From contig OW818675.1 of assembly GCA_942493095.1 (NCBI GenBank), positions 300,001 to 332,000 of the forward strand: a DNA stretch of 32,000 nucleotides, read 5' to 3'. This document shows, piece by piece, positions 18,186-28,266 of the stretch. Made by a program: the position numbers and the translations under genes. Origin of the DNA: Candidatus Electronema halotolerans (GTDB lineage Bacteria; Desulfobacterota; Desulfobulbia; Desulfobulbales; Desulfobulbaceae). The notes under the pieces are model-generated. The model saw only the letters and a program-made list of their open reading frames with translations, was not told the DNA's origin and made no database searches. How positions within the stretch are numbered: position 1 is the stretch's first letter; each line of letters begins with the position of its first letter.

Positions 18186-19964
18186 ATGCCGCCTCTTGTC
18201 CGCATTGCCGCGCTGCTTGCCGCCGCAGCATCTCTGTTCCTTCCTGCATACGCTGCCGCCGCTCCAGTCAGCATCACCGTGCTGGGCGTGAACAAGCCAG
18301 AACTGCAGCAAAACATCTTTGCCAGTCTGAAAATCGCCCAGCAGCAGGATGCCGCTGATCTCAGCACGGGCCGGATACGGCTTCTGCACAAGCAGGCCCC
18401 GGAGCAGATCAAGGCGGCCTTGGCTCCTTTTGGGTATTATTCCGTGCAGATCAAGAATGACAACGGACATGGCCTGCTGAAAAAGAACGGCGCGAACTGG
18501 CAGGCGGAATACGTAGTTGAGCTGGGGCCGCCGACCAAAGTCGCTGCTCTGAAGATCGAGGTCACAGGGCCGGGCAGCAAGGCAAAAACCTTGCAGGAGC
18601 AGGTGCTGCAGAAGAGTTTCCCGCTTCAGCCCGGCAGCCAGCTTGATGACGGCAAATACGAGGCAGGCAAGAAGGGCATCTTGCAAACTGCCTTGGAAGC
18701 AGGCTATGTCCGGGCCAGATTCACGGAAAGCAGGGTCGAAGTCCGGGCCAAGGAGCAGAAGGCGGCTGTCATGCTCCGCTTGGACACCGGCCCGCTCTAC
18801 GTCTTTGGCAAGACCAGCAGCAGCATGTACATTCTCAAGCCGGAGCTGCTTCAGCGGTATCTGCCCTATCAAACCGGCGAAGTGTATTCATTCAAAGCCC
18901 TGAATCAGCTTCAGTCTGATCTGTACGGCACCGGCTATTTCAGCAAGGTGACGGTGGAGCCGCAGCTGCCGCCGCCAGAGGATGCGAGAGAGGAAGTGCC
19001 AGTGGAGCTGCATCTCCAGCCTGCCCTGAAAAACCGCTGGAGCTTCGGCCTTGGCTATGGCACGGACACGGGCGCACGGGGCAGCATTGGCTGGAAAAAC
19101 CGGATGATCAACCGGCGCGGCCATCGGGCCTCCCTCAATGCCCAGCTCGCGGAAAAGGGCAGCAAGGCGGCGGCTGACTATGAAATTCCCGTGCCGATTC
19201 TTGATCTGCGCTACGACAGCCTCAACTTTGACACCCAGTATTCCGAGGAAAGCTGGGCCAACACGGATATCCGCCAGTTCACCTTGGGCGCGTCGGTCAA
19301 GCACAATGCGCCCAACTATCAGTTCGGCACTGGGCTGGAATATCTGCATGAGACCTACACAGTCAGCGGCAAGGATGACAGCACCTATCTGCTCATGCCC
19401 AATGCCTTTCTGACTCTGATTTTTGCCGAAAGCCGGGTGAAGACCGACAACGGTCTCCGCATCACCGGCAGTGTCCGGGGAGCGCAGGCTCCGCTGTTAG
19501 CCAGCACCAGCTTTTTTCAGTTCCGGGTTGGCGGCAAGGTCATTCTCAGCCCGTGGGACAAATGGCGTTTCATTGGCCGGGGCAGCTTCGGGGCCACGGC
19601 AATGGAATCCATTAACGAGCTGCCGCCTTCGCTTCGTTTTTATGCAGGCGGTGATCAGTCGGTGCGCGGCTATGGCTACAAGCAGCTCGGACCCAAGGAT
19701 GATTCAGGCCGGGTGGTGGGCGGTCAGTATCTGACTGAGGCCAGCGCCGAACTGGAGCGCAAGCTCTTCAGCATCTGGAGCGCGGCGGTCTTTTATGATA
19801 TTGGCAATGCCTACGACAACATTGATGCCCGTTTGCAGCAGGGCGTGGGCGTGGGGGTGCGCATGACCCTGCCTTTTGGCCAGCTTCGTCTTGACTTTGC
19901 CGAAGCCTTGTCTGAGCCGGGATTTTCTTTGCGGATTCACCTGACCTTGGGAGCGGACCTGTGA
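18186..19964 (+). CDS. tamA: TamA-like (BamA/Omp85 superfamily) outer membrane assembly protein
   Basis: POTRA-like N-terminal region; beta-barrel with RFYAGGDQSVRGYGYKQLGP and C-terminal PFGQLRLDFAEAL...FSLRIHLTLGADL; followed by tamB. Start taken at the ATG before the signal-peptide-like MPPLVRIAALLAAAASLFLPAYAAAAP. Confidence 0.88.
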   Translation: MPPLVRIAALLAAAASLFLPAYAAAAPVSITVLGVNKPELQQNIFASLKIAQQQDAADLSTGRIRLLHKQAPEQIKAALAPFGYYSVQIKNDNGHGLLKKNGANWQAEYVVELGPPTKVAALKIEVTGPGSKAKTLQEQVLQKSFPLQPGSQLDDGKYEAGKKGILQTALEAGYVRARFTESRVEVRAKEQKAAVMLRLDTGPLYVFGKTSSSMYILKPELLQRYLPYQTGEVYSFKALNQLQSDLYGTGYFSKVTVEPQLPPPEDAREEVPVELHLQPALKNRWSFGLGYGTDTGARGSIGWKNRMINRRGHRASLNAQLAEKGSKAAADYEIPVPILDLRYDSLNFDTQYSEESWANTDIRQFTLGASVKHNAPNYQFGTGLEYLHETYTVSGKDDSTYLLMPNAFLTLIFAESRVKTDNGLRITGSVRGAQAPLLASTSFFQFRVGGKVILSPWDKWRFIGRGSFGATAMESINELPPSLRFYAGGDQSVRGYGYKQLGPKDDSGRVVGGQYLTEASAELERKLFSIWSAAVFYDIGNAYDNIDARLQQGVGVGVRMTLPFGQLRLDFAEALSEPGFSLRIHLTLGADL

Positions 19965-19969
19965 GTTTG

Positions 19970-20263
19970 ATGAAAAAAGTTTTTCTGGCCTTGCTACTTT
20001 ATTTCGTCTGTTTTTCTTCGTATATATTCTACGTGTTTGCTCTCGGCGAAAAAAGGATGAAGGCATTTTGCGGAGAACTGCGCATTGGCATGTCTATAGA
20101 TGCAATCAGCAACAAGGCGGCGGCGCATGATTACAAAATATTCACCAATGATCCCAATCAACCACTACTGATTGTTGACAGCGAAGCTATGGGTCGCTTT
20201 ATTTGTGAAGTGCATTTTGAACAGGGACGGGCCTCCAAAGTAACATTTGTTTATAATGATTAA
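19970..20263 (+). CDS. Small membrane-anchored or exported hypothetical protein between tamA and tamB
   Basis: MKKVFLALLLYFVCFSSYIFYVFA hydrophobic N-terminus; short ORF filling the tamA-tamB gap; ends 5 bp before tamB. Confidence 0.65.
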   Translation: MKKVFLALLLYFVCFSSYIFYVFALGEKRMKAFCGELRIGMSIDAISNKAAAHDYKIFTNDPNQPLLIVDSEAMGRFICEVHFEQGRASKVTFVYND

Positions 20264-20268
20264 TAACG

Positions 20269-23200
20269 ATGCGTCTTTTTTCTATAATTCGCTCTGTTGC
20301 TGTTCGTTCGCTGCAATGTTTTGCCGTTCTGCTGCTGATTTTTTTCGTCAGTATAGCCGCGTTGTTCGGCACAGAAAGCGGTTTGCAACTAATCGTCCGC
20401 ACTGCTGACCAGCTTGCCGGGCCGTATTTTTCTGCCGAACAGGCGCAAGGTCGTCTGCTTGATAGCTGGCAGATCAGCAAGCTGCGGATTCAGATTAAAA
20501 ACGCGGTTGATATCAGCATAAATAAACTCGTATGGAGCTGGCAGCCAGCCGACTTGTTCCGCAGCAGAGAACTGCATGTCAGGCGGCTTGCTGCGCAGGG
20601 ACTGGCAATTCACATTCTCAAATCCGATAAAAAACACATTAAAGAACAGCTACATAAACAGGTCACGCTGCCGGAAATCCGTTTTCCGCTTGCTCTGCGC
20701 ATTGACAGGCTGCAAGTTGCGGAGAGCAAAATTGTCACGCCAGAAGGCAAGGATGCGCTCCTCATTCACGAGCTGCTGGCCCAAGCCGCTGTCCGCAATG
20801 ATCAAGTCGAAATCACTCAACTGAAAGCGGACACCTCGCAATTCGGCTGCGACCTGCACGGCAAGATTCGCTTCAGCGGCGCATGGCCGATGCAGGCGGA
20901 AGGCGGCTGGCAGGTGCCAGATCACGGCATCAACGAGCTGCGCGGCATGGTCAAGGTGCAGGGTGATTTTGACAAGGCCACTGTGAACGCGACAATGGTT
21001 TCTCCGGCGCAGGTGACGCTCAAAGGCGAAGCCACGGACATTCTCAACGAGCTGCACTGGCAGGCCGCCGCAAAAACTGGCCATTTCACGCTCCGCGACA
21101 TCAAGGTGAATGTGCCGGTGGACGGCAATCTCCGCATCATCTCGGCGGCTGGCACGGTCAAAAGTTATGGCGGGGTGCTGGCGGCAGATGTTCAGTATCA
21201 AGGCTATCCGCCCGTGCAGGCTGAAGCCAAGGTCGAGGCAACAGATTATTCCGGCCTGAAGATCGATTATCTCACCCTCCGCCACGAATTTGCCGAGCTG
21301 ACCCTACGCGGAGCCATGCGCTGGCAGGGCGGTTTTTCGTGGCAGGCCGAGCTGGCAGGCAAGGATATTGATCCTTCCCTGGCTGCTGCTGACTGGCCAG
21401 GGGCAATCAGCGGCACGCTGCGCAGCAATGGCTATTTGGCCGCAGGCCTGCAGAAGCTGGAAGTCAATTTGGACGGCATCAACGGCGAGCTGCGCGGTCA
21501 GCCGTTCCAGCTTGGCGGCAGGCTGGCTTTGGCTGACAAGAAATTGAAGATTGACGAACTGACCTTGAAGTCAGGGCCTGCTAATGCGCGGGTCAGCGGC
21601 ACCGCCGATGCGGCGCAAAACATCGATCTTGTGGTGCAGGCAGAAGTCAAGGATTTGGCTGCCTTTGTTCCAAACACAGGCGGTTCGGTCCGCTTGGAAG
21701 GCACGGCTGTCGGCGCGGCGGAAAATCCGGCTGTCAAGCTGACTCTCAACGGCTCGCAGCTTGCATGGCAGGAGCAGCGGCTTGCCAGCCTTGCGGTCAG
21801 CGCAGATGCTGCGCTCGACAAAAATAACAGCACCCTGCTCATCCATGATTTCCACGCTCTTGCCGATGGCAAAACGGTTCTTGATCTCAAGGGGCAGCTC
21901 GGCTGGAGCAACGGCCTGTCGTGGCAGGCTGAACTGAAGGCGGCAGAACTTGATCCCGGTCTGCTTGCCCCGGACTGGCCCGGCGCAATCAACGCCGAGC
22001 TGCGCAGCCAAGGCAGCAAGACTGCGGACAATCTGACTGCCGAAGTGCAGATTGACAGGCTGGCAGGCAAGCTGCGCGGCTTCCCGCTCAAGGGCAGCGG
22101 CACAGTCAAGCTGGCTGGCAAGGCTGTGGCTGTTGCTGATCTCCGCCTTCAGTCTGGCAGCACCTTTGTTCAAGCTGACGGCAGAGCGGATTTCAACAAG
22201 GAGCTGGCCTTGACTTTCAAAGCTGGGTCAGACGACCTGGCTAACCTTGTCCCGGACGCGGGCGGCAAATTCAGGGCTGAAGGCGAGATCAGCGGCAATC
22301 TCCAGCAGCCTAAGCTGCGCCTGCAAGCGAGCAGCTCTAAGCTGCGCTTTCAAGACTACAGCCTCAAAGATTTGCAGGCGGCAATCAAGGCGGATTTGTC
22401 CCCATCCGGGCAAGTGGATGGCGAAATCAACGCTGCTGGCATTCAAATTAAAGAAAAAAAAATTGACACAGCCCTTTTGCGGCTCAAGGGCGGCACGGAA
22501 CAGCACCAGCTTGAATTTACTGCGGCAAGCGATCTTGGCAAGCTCCGGCTGACAGCAGCAGGTGCTTGGCAGGAGCAGCGCTGGCAGGGCCAGCTCAAAG
22601 AACTTGCATTGAATAACAAGCAATTCGGCCAATGGAAGACGGAAAAAGCTGCGGATTTGACCTTGTCGGCTGATCATTGCGCCCTGTCTGATTTTGCCTT
22701 GAGGCAGGACAAGGTGCGGGCGGCAGTCAGCGGCCAATGGGAGAAAGCATCAGGCTGGAAGGCGCAGGCAACAATTGAGCACCTTGCCCTTGCTCTGGCA
22801 AAAAAATGGCAGCTACCTGTGCCGGAGAATTTCCCGGAAATGGCCGGAGAGTTGAACATTGCCGCAACAGCGCAGGGGCAGGGGGCAAAGCCGCAGCAGG
22901 CTGAACTGACTGTCGATTTGCCTAAATTTGCCTTGACCGCGCAAGATTACGAATCTGATGACGAAAACGGCACCACCACGTGGCAATGGCAGGGCAATCA
23001 GATCAAAGCCAATTTGCGGGATGATGTCCTGCATCTGACCGCCAAGAGCGAGTTTCAGGATCAAAGCACTGCCTTGCTGACCGCAGAGCTGCGCAACTGC
23101 GGCGATTTCACCCAGTTCGAGCAAATGCCGCTTTCTGGTCAGTTCACGGTGAAGGTTATGGATATTTCACCGATGACCCAGCTTTCCGGCTATGCAGTGC

Positions 23201-24426
23201 AGGGCCAAGGCGGTTTTGGCGGTGACATTGCTCTGCATGGCACGGCCCTGCATCCGAGAATGGACGGGGTGCTGATGCTGAAAAAAGACAGGAGCGGCAA
23301 GAGTGGAATTCATATTCCCGCCGCCGGAATCAACCTGCGGGACCTGCGGCTGGCAGTGGCAGGCGACGGCAGCCATAATCAGCTTGATCTGACTGCCCGC
23401 TCCGGCCAAGGCCAAATCCGGGCGCAGGGCACAATCAGCCGCAATCTCAAGCTGAAGGAGCCGCAGATTGAGGCTGAGTTCAGCATCACGGGCAAGGATT
23501 TTCAGGCCGCTGATCTGCCCGAATATCAGGTCAGCATCAGCCCTGATCTCCGGCTGCTCCACAGCGGCAAAGGCACTTCGCTCTTCGGCAAAATCCTTGT
23601 GCCAAAAGCGCGCATCGCCCCGCTTGGCTTCAGCGGGGCTGCCGCCGCATCCAAGGATGTGGTGGTGATTGACAGCGACACGCCGCTGCCCAAGCACAGC
23701 CTGCCCTTTTCCGCTGCGGTCACGCTGGAACTGGGCAAGGACGTTGCGGTGGATGCCTTTGGCACCAAAGGCTTTCTCGACGGCAGCCTGACAGTCAATG
23801 CCAAGGCGGCCCGGCCTGTGACCGCGCTGGGCAGCCTCTACCTCCGCGACACTTCTGTCGCCTTTGAAGGAGTCACACTGCAACTCAGCGAAGGCCGGAT
23901 TTTTTATCAGGGTGGCCCGATTGACAATCCCGGCTTGGACATCCGGGCCTCGCGGACGGTCAACAAGATCGAGGCAGGCATCCATCTCACTGGCAGCGCG
24001 GATGACATGAACATCAAGCTTTTTTCTGACACGCCGATGGAGGATTCAGCCATTCTCTCCTGGCTGCTCTCCGGGCAGAACGGAGTGTCGGCCAGCCGCA
24101 GCGGCGATGCCACCCTTTCTCCAGCAGCAGCAGCCCTGAGCAAGATCGGCGGCGGCGCGCTGCTCAAGTCAGTCAATCCGCTGCAAGTCCTTGACATGGA
24201 GGATTTTGTCGATGTCAGCATTGGCGGCGGCAAGGAGGCATCCGATGTTTCCTTGGTCATGAGCAAGGAAATCTACAAAGACCTCTACATCAGCTATGGC
24301 AAAGATTTGACCGGCGAAGGAGGCTCCTTCAGGGCAAGGTACGATCTTGGCCACGGCTTTTCCATTGAAAGCGAGACCAGCTCCAAAACGACGGGCGCAG
24401 ACCTGCTCTGGTCGCTGGAACGATAA
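20269..24426 (+). CDS. tamB: TamB-like (DUF490) translocation and assembly module inner membrane protein
   Basis: 1385 aa, N-terminal TM helix, long repetitive beta-rich region, C-terminal KASGKGTSLFGKILVP / SLYLRDTSVAFEGVTLQLSEGRIFYQGGPIDNPGLDIRASR / AILSWLLSG / SYGKDLTGEGGSFRARYDLGHGFSIESETS features. Confidence 0.9.
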   Translation: MRLFSIIRSVAVRSLQCFAVLLLIFFVSIAALFGTESGLQLIVRTADQLAGPYFSAEQAQGRLLDSWQISKLRIQIKNAVDISINKLVWSWQPADLFRSRELHVRRLAAQGLAIHILKSDKKHIKEQLHKQVTLPEIRFPLALRIDRLQVAESKIVTPEGKDALLIHELLAQAAVRNDQVEITQLKADTSQFGCDLHGKIRFSGAWPMQAEGGWQVPDHGINELRGMVKVQGDFDKATVNATMVSPAQVTLKGEATDILNELHWQAAAKTGHFTLRDIKVNVPVDGNLRIISAAGTVKSYGGVLAADVQYQGYPPVQAEAKVEATDYSGLKIDYLTLRHEFAELTLRGAMRWQGGFSWQAELAGKDIDPSLAAADWPGAISGTLRSNGYLAAGLQKLEVNLDGINGELRGQPFQLGGRLALADKKLKIDELTLKSGPANARVSGTADAAQNIDLVVQAEVKDLAAFVPNTGGSVRLEGTAVGAAENPAVKLTLNGSQLAWQEQRLASLAVSADAALDKNNSTLLIHDFHALADGKTVLDLKGQLGWSNGLSWQAELKAAELDPGLLAPDWPGAINAELRSQGSKTADNLTAEVQIDRLAGKLRGFPLKGSGTVKLAGKAVAVADLRLQSGSTFVQADGRADFNKELALTFKAGSDDLANLVPDAGGKFRAEGEISGNLQQPKLRLQASSSKLRFQDYSLKDLQAAIKADLSPSGQVDGEINAAGIQIKEKKIDTALLRLKGGTEQHQLEFTAASDLGKLRLTAAGAWQEQRWQGQLKELALNNKQFGQWKTEKAADLTLSADHCALSDFALRQDKVRAAVSGQWEKASGWKAQATIEHLALALAKKWQLPVPENFPEMAGELNIAATAQGQGAKPQQAELTVDLPKFALTAQDYESDDENGTTTWQWQGNQIKANLRDDVLHLTAKSEFQDQSTALLTAELRNCGDFTQFEQMPLSGQFTVKVMDISPMTQLSGYAVQGQGGFGGDIALHGTALHPRMDGVLMLKKDRSGKSGIHIPAAGINLRDLRLAVAGDGSHNQLDLTARSGQGQIRAQGTISRNLKLKEPQIEAEFSITGKDFQAADLPEYQVSISPDLRLLHSGKGTSLFGKILVPKARIAPLGFSGAAAASKDVVVIDSDTPLPKHSLPFSAAVTLELGKDVAVDAFGTKGFLDGSLTVNAKAARPVTALGSLYLRDTSVAFEGVTLQLSEGRIFYQGGPIDNPGLDIRASRTVNKIEAGIHLTGSADDMNIKLFSDTPMEDSAILSWLLSGQNGVSASRSGDATLSPAAAALSKIGGGALLKSVNPLQVLDMEDFVDVSIGGGKEASDVSLVMSKEIYKDLYISYGKDLTGEGGSFRARYDLGHGFSIESETSSKTTGADLLWSLER

Positions 24427-24438
24427 AGAAGGCAATTC

Positions 24439-25617
24439 ATGATCAAACATTCGCGAGTAAACAAAGTCGTTCTCCTGCTCATGGTCCTGCTCATTTCGGC
24501 CATTTTTCTGGCCATGATCCGCTATTTTCTCATGGCAATCTTCATGGCCGGGCTGTTTTCCGCCATGTCCGTCCCGCTCCACCGCAGGCTGACCCGGCGG
24601 CTGGAAGGGCGGGAAACGCTGGCCTCGGCTGTGGTGGTGACAGGCGTTTTCTGTCTGATTCTGGTGCCGTTGGTGCTCCTGATTGGCGTTGTGCTTGGCC
24701 AAGCCATGTATGTGGGCCAGTCTGTGACTCCTTGGGTGGAATCCTTTGCCAAGGAGCCGGGCCTGTTGAGCGAGCATGCTGAAAAAATCCCCTATTATGA
24801 GTATATCCTGCCTTATCGCGACATGATTCTTGCCAAGGCGGGCGAGCTGGTCGGCAGCATCTCAAAAATGTTGATCAATTCGCTCTCCTCGCTCACCAAG
24901 ATGACAGTCAATGCCCTGTTCAATGTGGTGATCATGCTTTACGTGATGTTCTATTTTCTGACTGAAGGCGGCACGCTGCTGCGGAAGATTCTTTACTATC
25001 TGCCTATGGTTCATGAGTACGAGGAGCGTCTGCTGCGCCGCTTCACCTCGGTGGCCAGAGCAACCATGAAATCGACCCTGATCATTGGCTTTCTCCAAGG
25101 CGCGTTCTGCGGCCTGGCTTTTTTCTTTGTCGGCATACCAGGGGCTGCCTTCTGGGGCACGGTCATGGCAGTGCTGTCGATTATTCCCACCGCCGGAACC
25201 GCCTTGATCTGGGTGCCAGCCCTGATCATTCTTGTCGTCAAGGGCGAATTTTTCGGCGCAGTCATTCTGGCTGTGGTCTGCGGCGCGCTGGCAGGCAATC
25301 TGGACAACGTGCTCCGGCCCCGCTTGGTGGGAAAGGACACAGAAATGCACGATCTTTTCGTGCTTTTCGGCACCCTTGGCGGCATCAGCCTCTTCGGCAT
25401 GCTCGGCATCATCATCGGCCCGATCATTGCCGCCCTGTTCATCACCATCTGGGAAATTTATGGCGATGCCTTCAGCGAGTACCTGCCGGAAGTGAAGGAT
25501 TTGCAGATGGAGGAAGAAAGGGAGCCTGCTGCTGCGGGAGCAGCAGGAGCTGGCAGCGGCGGTCAGCCTCAAGGCAGGTCAGAGTCTCCAGCCGAGGGAC
25601 AGGATCGTCAGGATTGA
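24439..25617 (+). CDS. AI-2E family transporter (PerM-like permease)
   Basis: Eight hydrophobic segments; GIPGAAFWGTVMAVLSIIPTAGTALIWVP and LFGMLGIIIGPIIAALFITIWEIYG. Confidence 0.9.
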   Translation: MIKHSRVNKVVLLLMVLLISAIFLAMIRYFLMAIFMAGLFSAMSVPLHRRLTRRLEGRETLASAVVVTGVFCLILVPLVLLIGVVLGQAMYVGQSVTPWVESFAKEPGLLSEHAEKIPYYEYILPYRDMILAKAGELVGSISKMLINSLSSLTKMTVNALFNVVIMLYVMFYFLTEGGTLLRKILYYLPMVHEYEERLLRRFTSVARATMKSTLIIGFLQGAFCGLAFFFVGIPGAAFWGTVMAVLSIIPTAGTALIWVPALIILVVKGEFFGAVILAVVCGALAGNLDNVLRPRLVGKDTEMHDLFVLFGTLGGISLFGMLGIIIGPIIAALFITIWEIYGDAFSEYLPEVKDLQMEEEREPAAAGAAGAGSGGQPQGRSESPAEGQDRQD

Positions 25618-25752
25618 TTTGAGGGTTCCTCGAAAAATACAACATCCATTCTGCTGCATTTGTTTTGTTATTTTTTATTTTAATATTGAAATTTCAGTCT
25701 ATTATGTTATAATTTCGGCATCAATTCAACTCATGCTGCCGGAGATGCACAG

Positions 25753-25821
25753 ATGAACCAACTTGGATTTTTTGATTTTTATATTCGTCTTTCCCGAATT
25801 GACAAAGCAGGTGATCCTTTA
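25753..25821 (+). pseudogene. 5' fragment of the copy A transposase (MNQLGFFDFYIRLSRIDKAGDPL), cut at the codon 23/24 boundary
   Basis: Identical translation to the first 23 residues of the intact copy B transposase. Confidence 0.9.
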
Positions 25822-27126
25822 GGGAACCTCGAAAAATTTGAGATAAAGTTTTTTCAGCTTATCAATAGTGTCTTTGACAGTTGAAAATTTCAAATACATA
25901 AATTGTTATTTCCTGTTTTTTATTTATTTTGAGCAAACTTCCGTTGAAATATGTTCCTGAATGCGTTTCTTTTTTTTAAATCTTAAATTTTATTAAGAGT
26001 TCCGTACCTGTCAATATTGAACGTCAAGTTTCTCAAGCCTATTTTCGCAGCAGCGCGAATGAAACCTGTTCCTCGGAGAATCATATTGCCAGCACGTTGC
26101 GCCTGGATGCCGAAGACGTGTTCAATCCGGGAGCGAATTTTTGATCTTGTCCGATTTCCCTGCTTCTCCCATTCGGTCAGTTTCCGGCTTCGTGTTCCTT
26201 TGCGGTTCAGATGCTCTCTGTATCCATTCTCGTTCAACCAGTTGAGCTTTTTTTCAGATCTGTATGCCGAATCCGCATAGATATCCCGACTGGTGTTGTC
26301 AGGGTCAAGCAGCTCCTCAAAAATATTGCTGTCATGAACCTCGGCGCTGGTCACCGCATATTTTCGGATGAATTTATGCTTCACATCAACAGATATATGA
26401 TTTTTATAACCAAAAAAGCTTCTGCCGTTCTTTTTGGTCCAACGGGCATCAGTATCCTTCTGCGCCTGCTTATTCTCACTCCATCCTTCAGGCTGTTCAC
26501 CATTCTTGATCTGCTTGTTTTCCTTGCGGCTGTTACGCTGGATCGGGGCGTTGACTATGGAAGCGTCGACTATCTGCCCTTTTCTGGCTTGATATCCATT
26601 TTCATCAAGAAATTCGTCAAAAACAGAAAACAGTTCCTCGATTTTTCCTGCTTTGGTCAAAGTTTCACGAAAAAGCCATATCGTTGTCGCATCTGGAACT
26701 TTGTCAGCCGCCCGAAGTCCAAGGAATCTGGAAAACGAATATCTGTCAAGAATTTGATATTCCATCCCTTTATCAGAAAGATTGTATAATGATTGCAAAA
26801 TTAAAATTTTGAACATCATGACTGAATCATAACCTTTAGCTCCAGCATTTGATTTCACAGGCTTTCTTTTTGCTTCTTCAAGAATTGGCCGAAATATTTC
26901 CCAGTCAATAGCCTTGTTGATCTTAACTAAAGGATCACCTGCTTTGTCAATTCGGGAAAGACGAATATAAAAATCAAAAAATCCAAGTTGGTTCATCTGT
27001 GCATCTCCGGCAGCATGAGTTGAATTGATGCCGAAATTATAACATAATAGACTGAAATTTCAATATTAAAATAAAAAATAACAAAACAAATGCAGCAGAA
27101 TGGATGTTGTATTTTTCGAGGAACCC
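25822..27126 (-). mobile_element. IS5-family-like element, inner copy B, intact, inverted (about 1305 bp)
   Basis: Ends GGGAACCTCGAAAAATTTGAG (left) and ATTTTTCGAGGAACCC (right) abut copy A transposase codons on both sides. Confidence 0.88.
25983..26996 (-). CDS. IS5-family transposase (DDE), intact copy
   Basis: 337 aa; GQIVDASIVNAPIQRNSRKENK, FFGYKNHISVDVKHKFIRKYAVTSAEVHDSN, IYADSAYRS, RSRIEHVFGIQ. Confidence 0.93.
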   Translation of the reverse strand: MNQLGFFDFYIRLSRIDKAGDPLVKINKAIDWEIFRPILEEAKRKPVKSNAGAKGYDSVMMFKILILQSLYNLSDKGMEYQILDRYSFSRFLGLRAADKVPDATTIWLFRETLTKAGKIEELFSVFDEFLDENGYQARKGQIVDASIVNAPIQRNSRKENKQIKNGEQPEGWSENKQAQKDTDARWTKKNGRSFFGYKNHISVDVKHKFIRKYAVTSAEVHDSNIFEELLDPDNTSRDIYADSAYRSEKKLNWLNENGYREHLNRKGTRSRKLTEWEKQGNRTRSKIRSRIEHVFGIQAQRAGNMILRGTGFIRAAAKIGLRNLTFNIDRYGTLNKI

Positions 27127-28070
27127 TTAAGATCAACAAGGCTATTGACTGGGAAATATTTCGGCCAATTCTTGAAGAAGCAAAAAGAAAGCCTGTGAAA
27201 TCAAATGCTGGAGCTAAAGGTTATGATTCAGTCATGATGTTCAAAATTTTAATTTTGCAATCATTATACAATCTTTCTGATAAAGGGATGGAATATCAAA
27301 TTCTTGACAGATATTTGTTTTCCAGATTCCTTGGACTTCGGGCGGCTGACAAAGTTCCAGATGCGACAACGATATGGCTTTTTCGTGAAACTTTGACCAA
27401 AGCAGGAAAAATCGAGGAACTGTTTTCTGTTTTTGACGAATTTCTTGATGAAAATGGATATCAAGCCAGAAAAGGGCAGATAGTCGACGCTTCCATAGTC
27501 AACGCCCCGATCCAGCGTAACAGCCGCAAGGAAAACAAGCAGATCAAGAATGGTGAACAGCCTGAAGGATGGAGTGAGAATAAGCAGGCGCAGAAGGATA
27601 CTGATGCCCGTTGGACCAAAAAGAACGGCAGAAGCTTTTTTGGTTATAAAAATCATATATCTGTTGATGTGAAGCATAAATTCATCCGAAAATATGCGGT
27701 GACCAGCGCCGAGGTTCATGACAGCAATATTTTTGAGGAGCTGCTTGACCCTGACAACACCAGTCGGGATATCTATGCGGATTCGGCATACAGATCTGAA
27801 AAAAAGCTCAACTGGTTGAACGAGAATGGATACAGAGAGCATCTGAACCGCAAAGGAACACGAAGCCGGAAACTGACCGAATGGGAGAAGCAGGGAAATC
27901 GGACAAGATCAAAAATTCGCTCCCGGATTGAACACGTCTTCGGCATCCAGGCGCAACGTGCTGGCAATATGATTCTCCGAGGAACAGGTTTCATTCGCGC
28001 TGCTGCGAAAATAGGCTTGAGAAACTTGACGTTCAATATTGACAGGTACGGAACTCTTAATAAAATTTAA
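27127..28070 (+). pseudogene. 3' fragment of the copy A transposase (from KINKAIDW... onward)
   Basis: Near-identical to the copy B transposase (one visible aa difference, DRYLFSRF vs DRYSFSRF). The predicted ORF start at 27090 uses inner-copy IS end sequence. Confidence 0.9.
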
Positions 28071-28266
28071 GATTTAAAAAAAAGAAACGCATTCAGGAAC
28101 ATATTTCAACGGAAGTTTGCTCAAAATAAATAAAAAACAGGAAATAACAATTTATGTATTTGAAATTTTCAACTGTCAAAGACACTATTGATAAGCTGAA
28201 AAAACTTTATCTCAAATTTTTCGAGGTTCCCTTGAAGGAACACTGAAGCAGTAAATTTGAGCATTT

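Larger units (their letters stand above)
25623..28231 (+). mobile_element. IS5-family-like element, outer copy A (+ orientation), interrupted by copy B; present as 25623-25821 plus 27127-28231 (1304 bp)
   Basis: Terminal inverted repeats GGGTTCCTCGAAAAATAC... and ...ATTTTTCGAGGTTCCC; flanked by a 4-bp direct repeat TTGA (25619-25622 and 28232-28235). Confidence 0.88.

Noticed and set aside
22813-24266. Several minus-strand ORFs (103-272 aa) inside tamB
   Set aside because: All are antisense to the 1385-aa TamB frame and lack recognisable features.
27090-27126. Alternative start of the second transposase (MQQNGCCIFRGTL...)
   Set aside because: This segment is the terminal region of the inner IS copy, not native transposase N-terminus; the true N-terminus is at 25753-25821.
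26211-27842. Two near-identical 192-aa ORFs (26211-26789 plus, 27264-27842 minus)
   Set aside because: They lie antisense within the two IS transposase copies; their duplication simply reflects the IS duplication.
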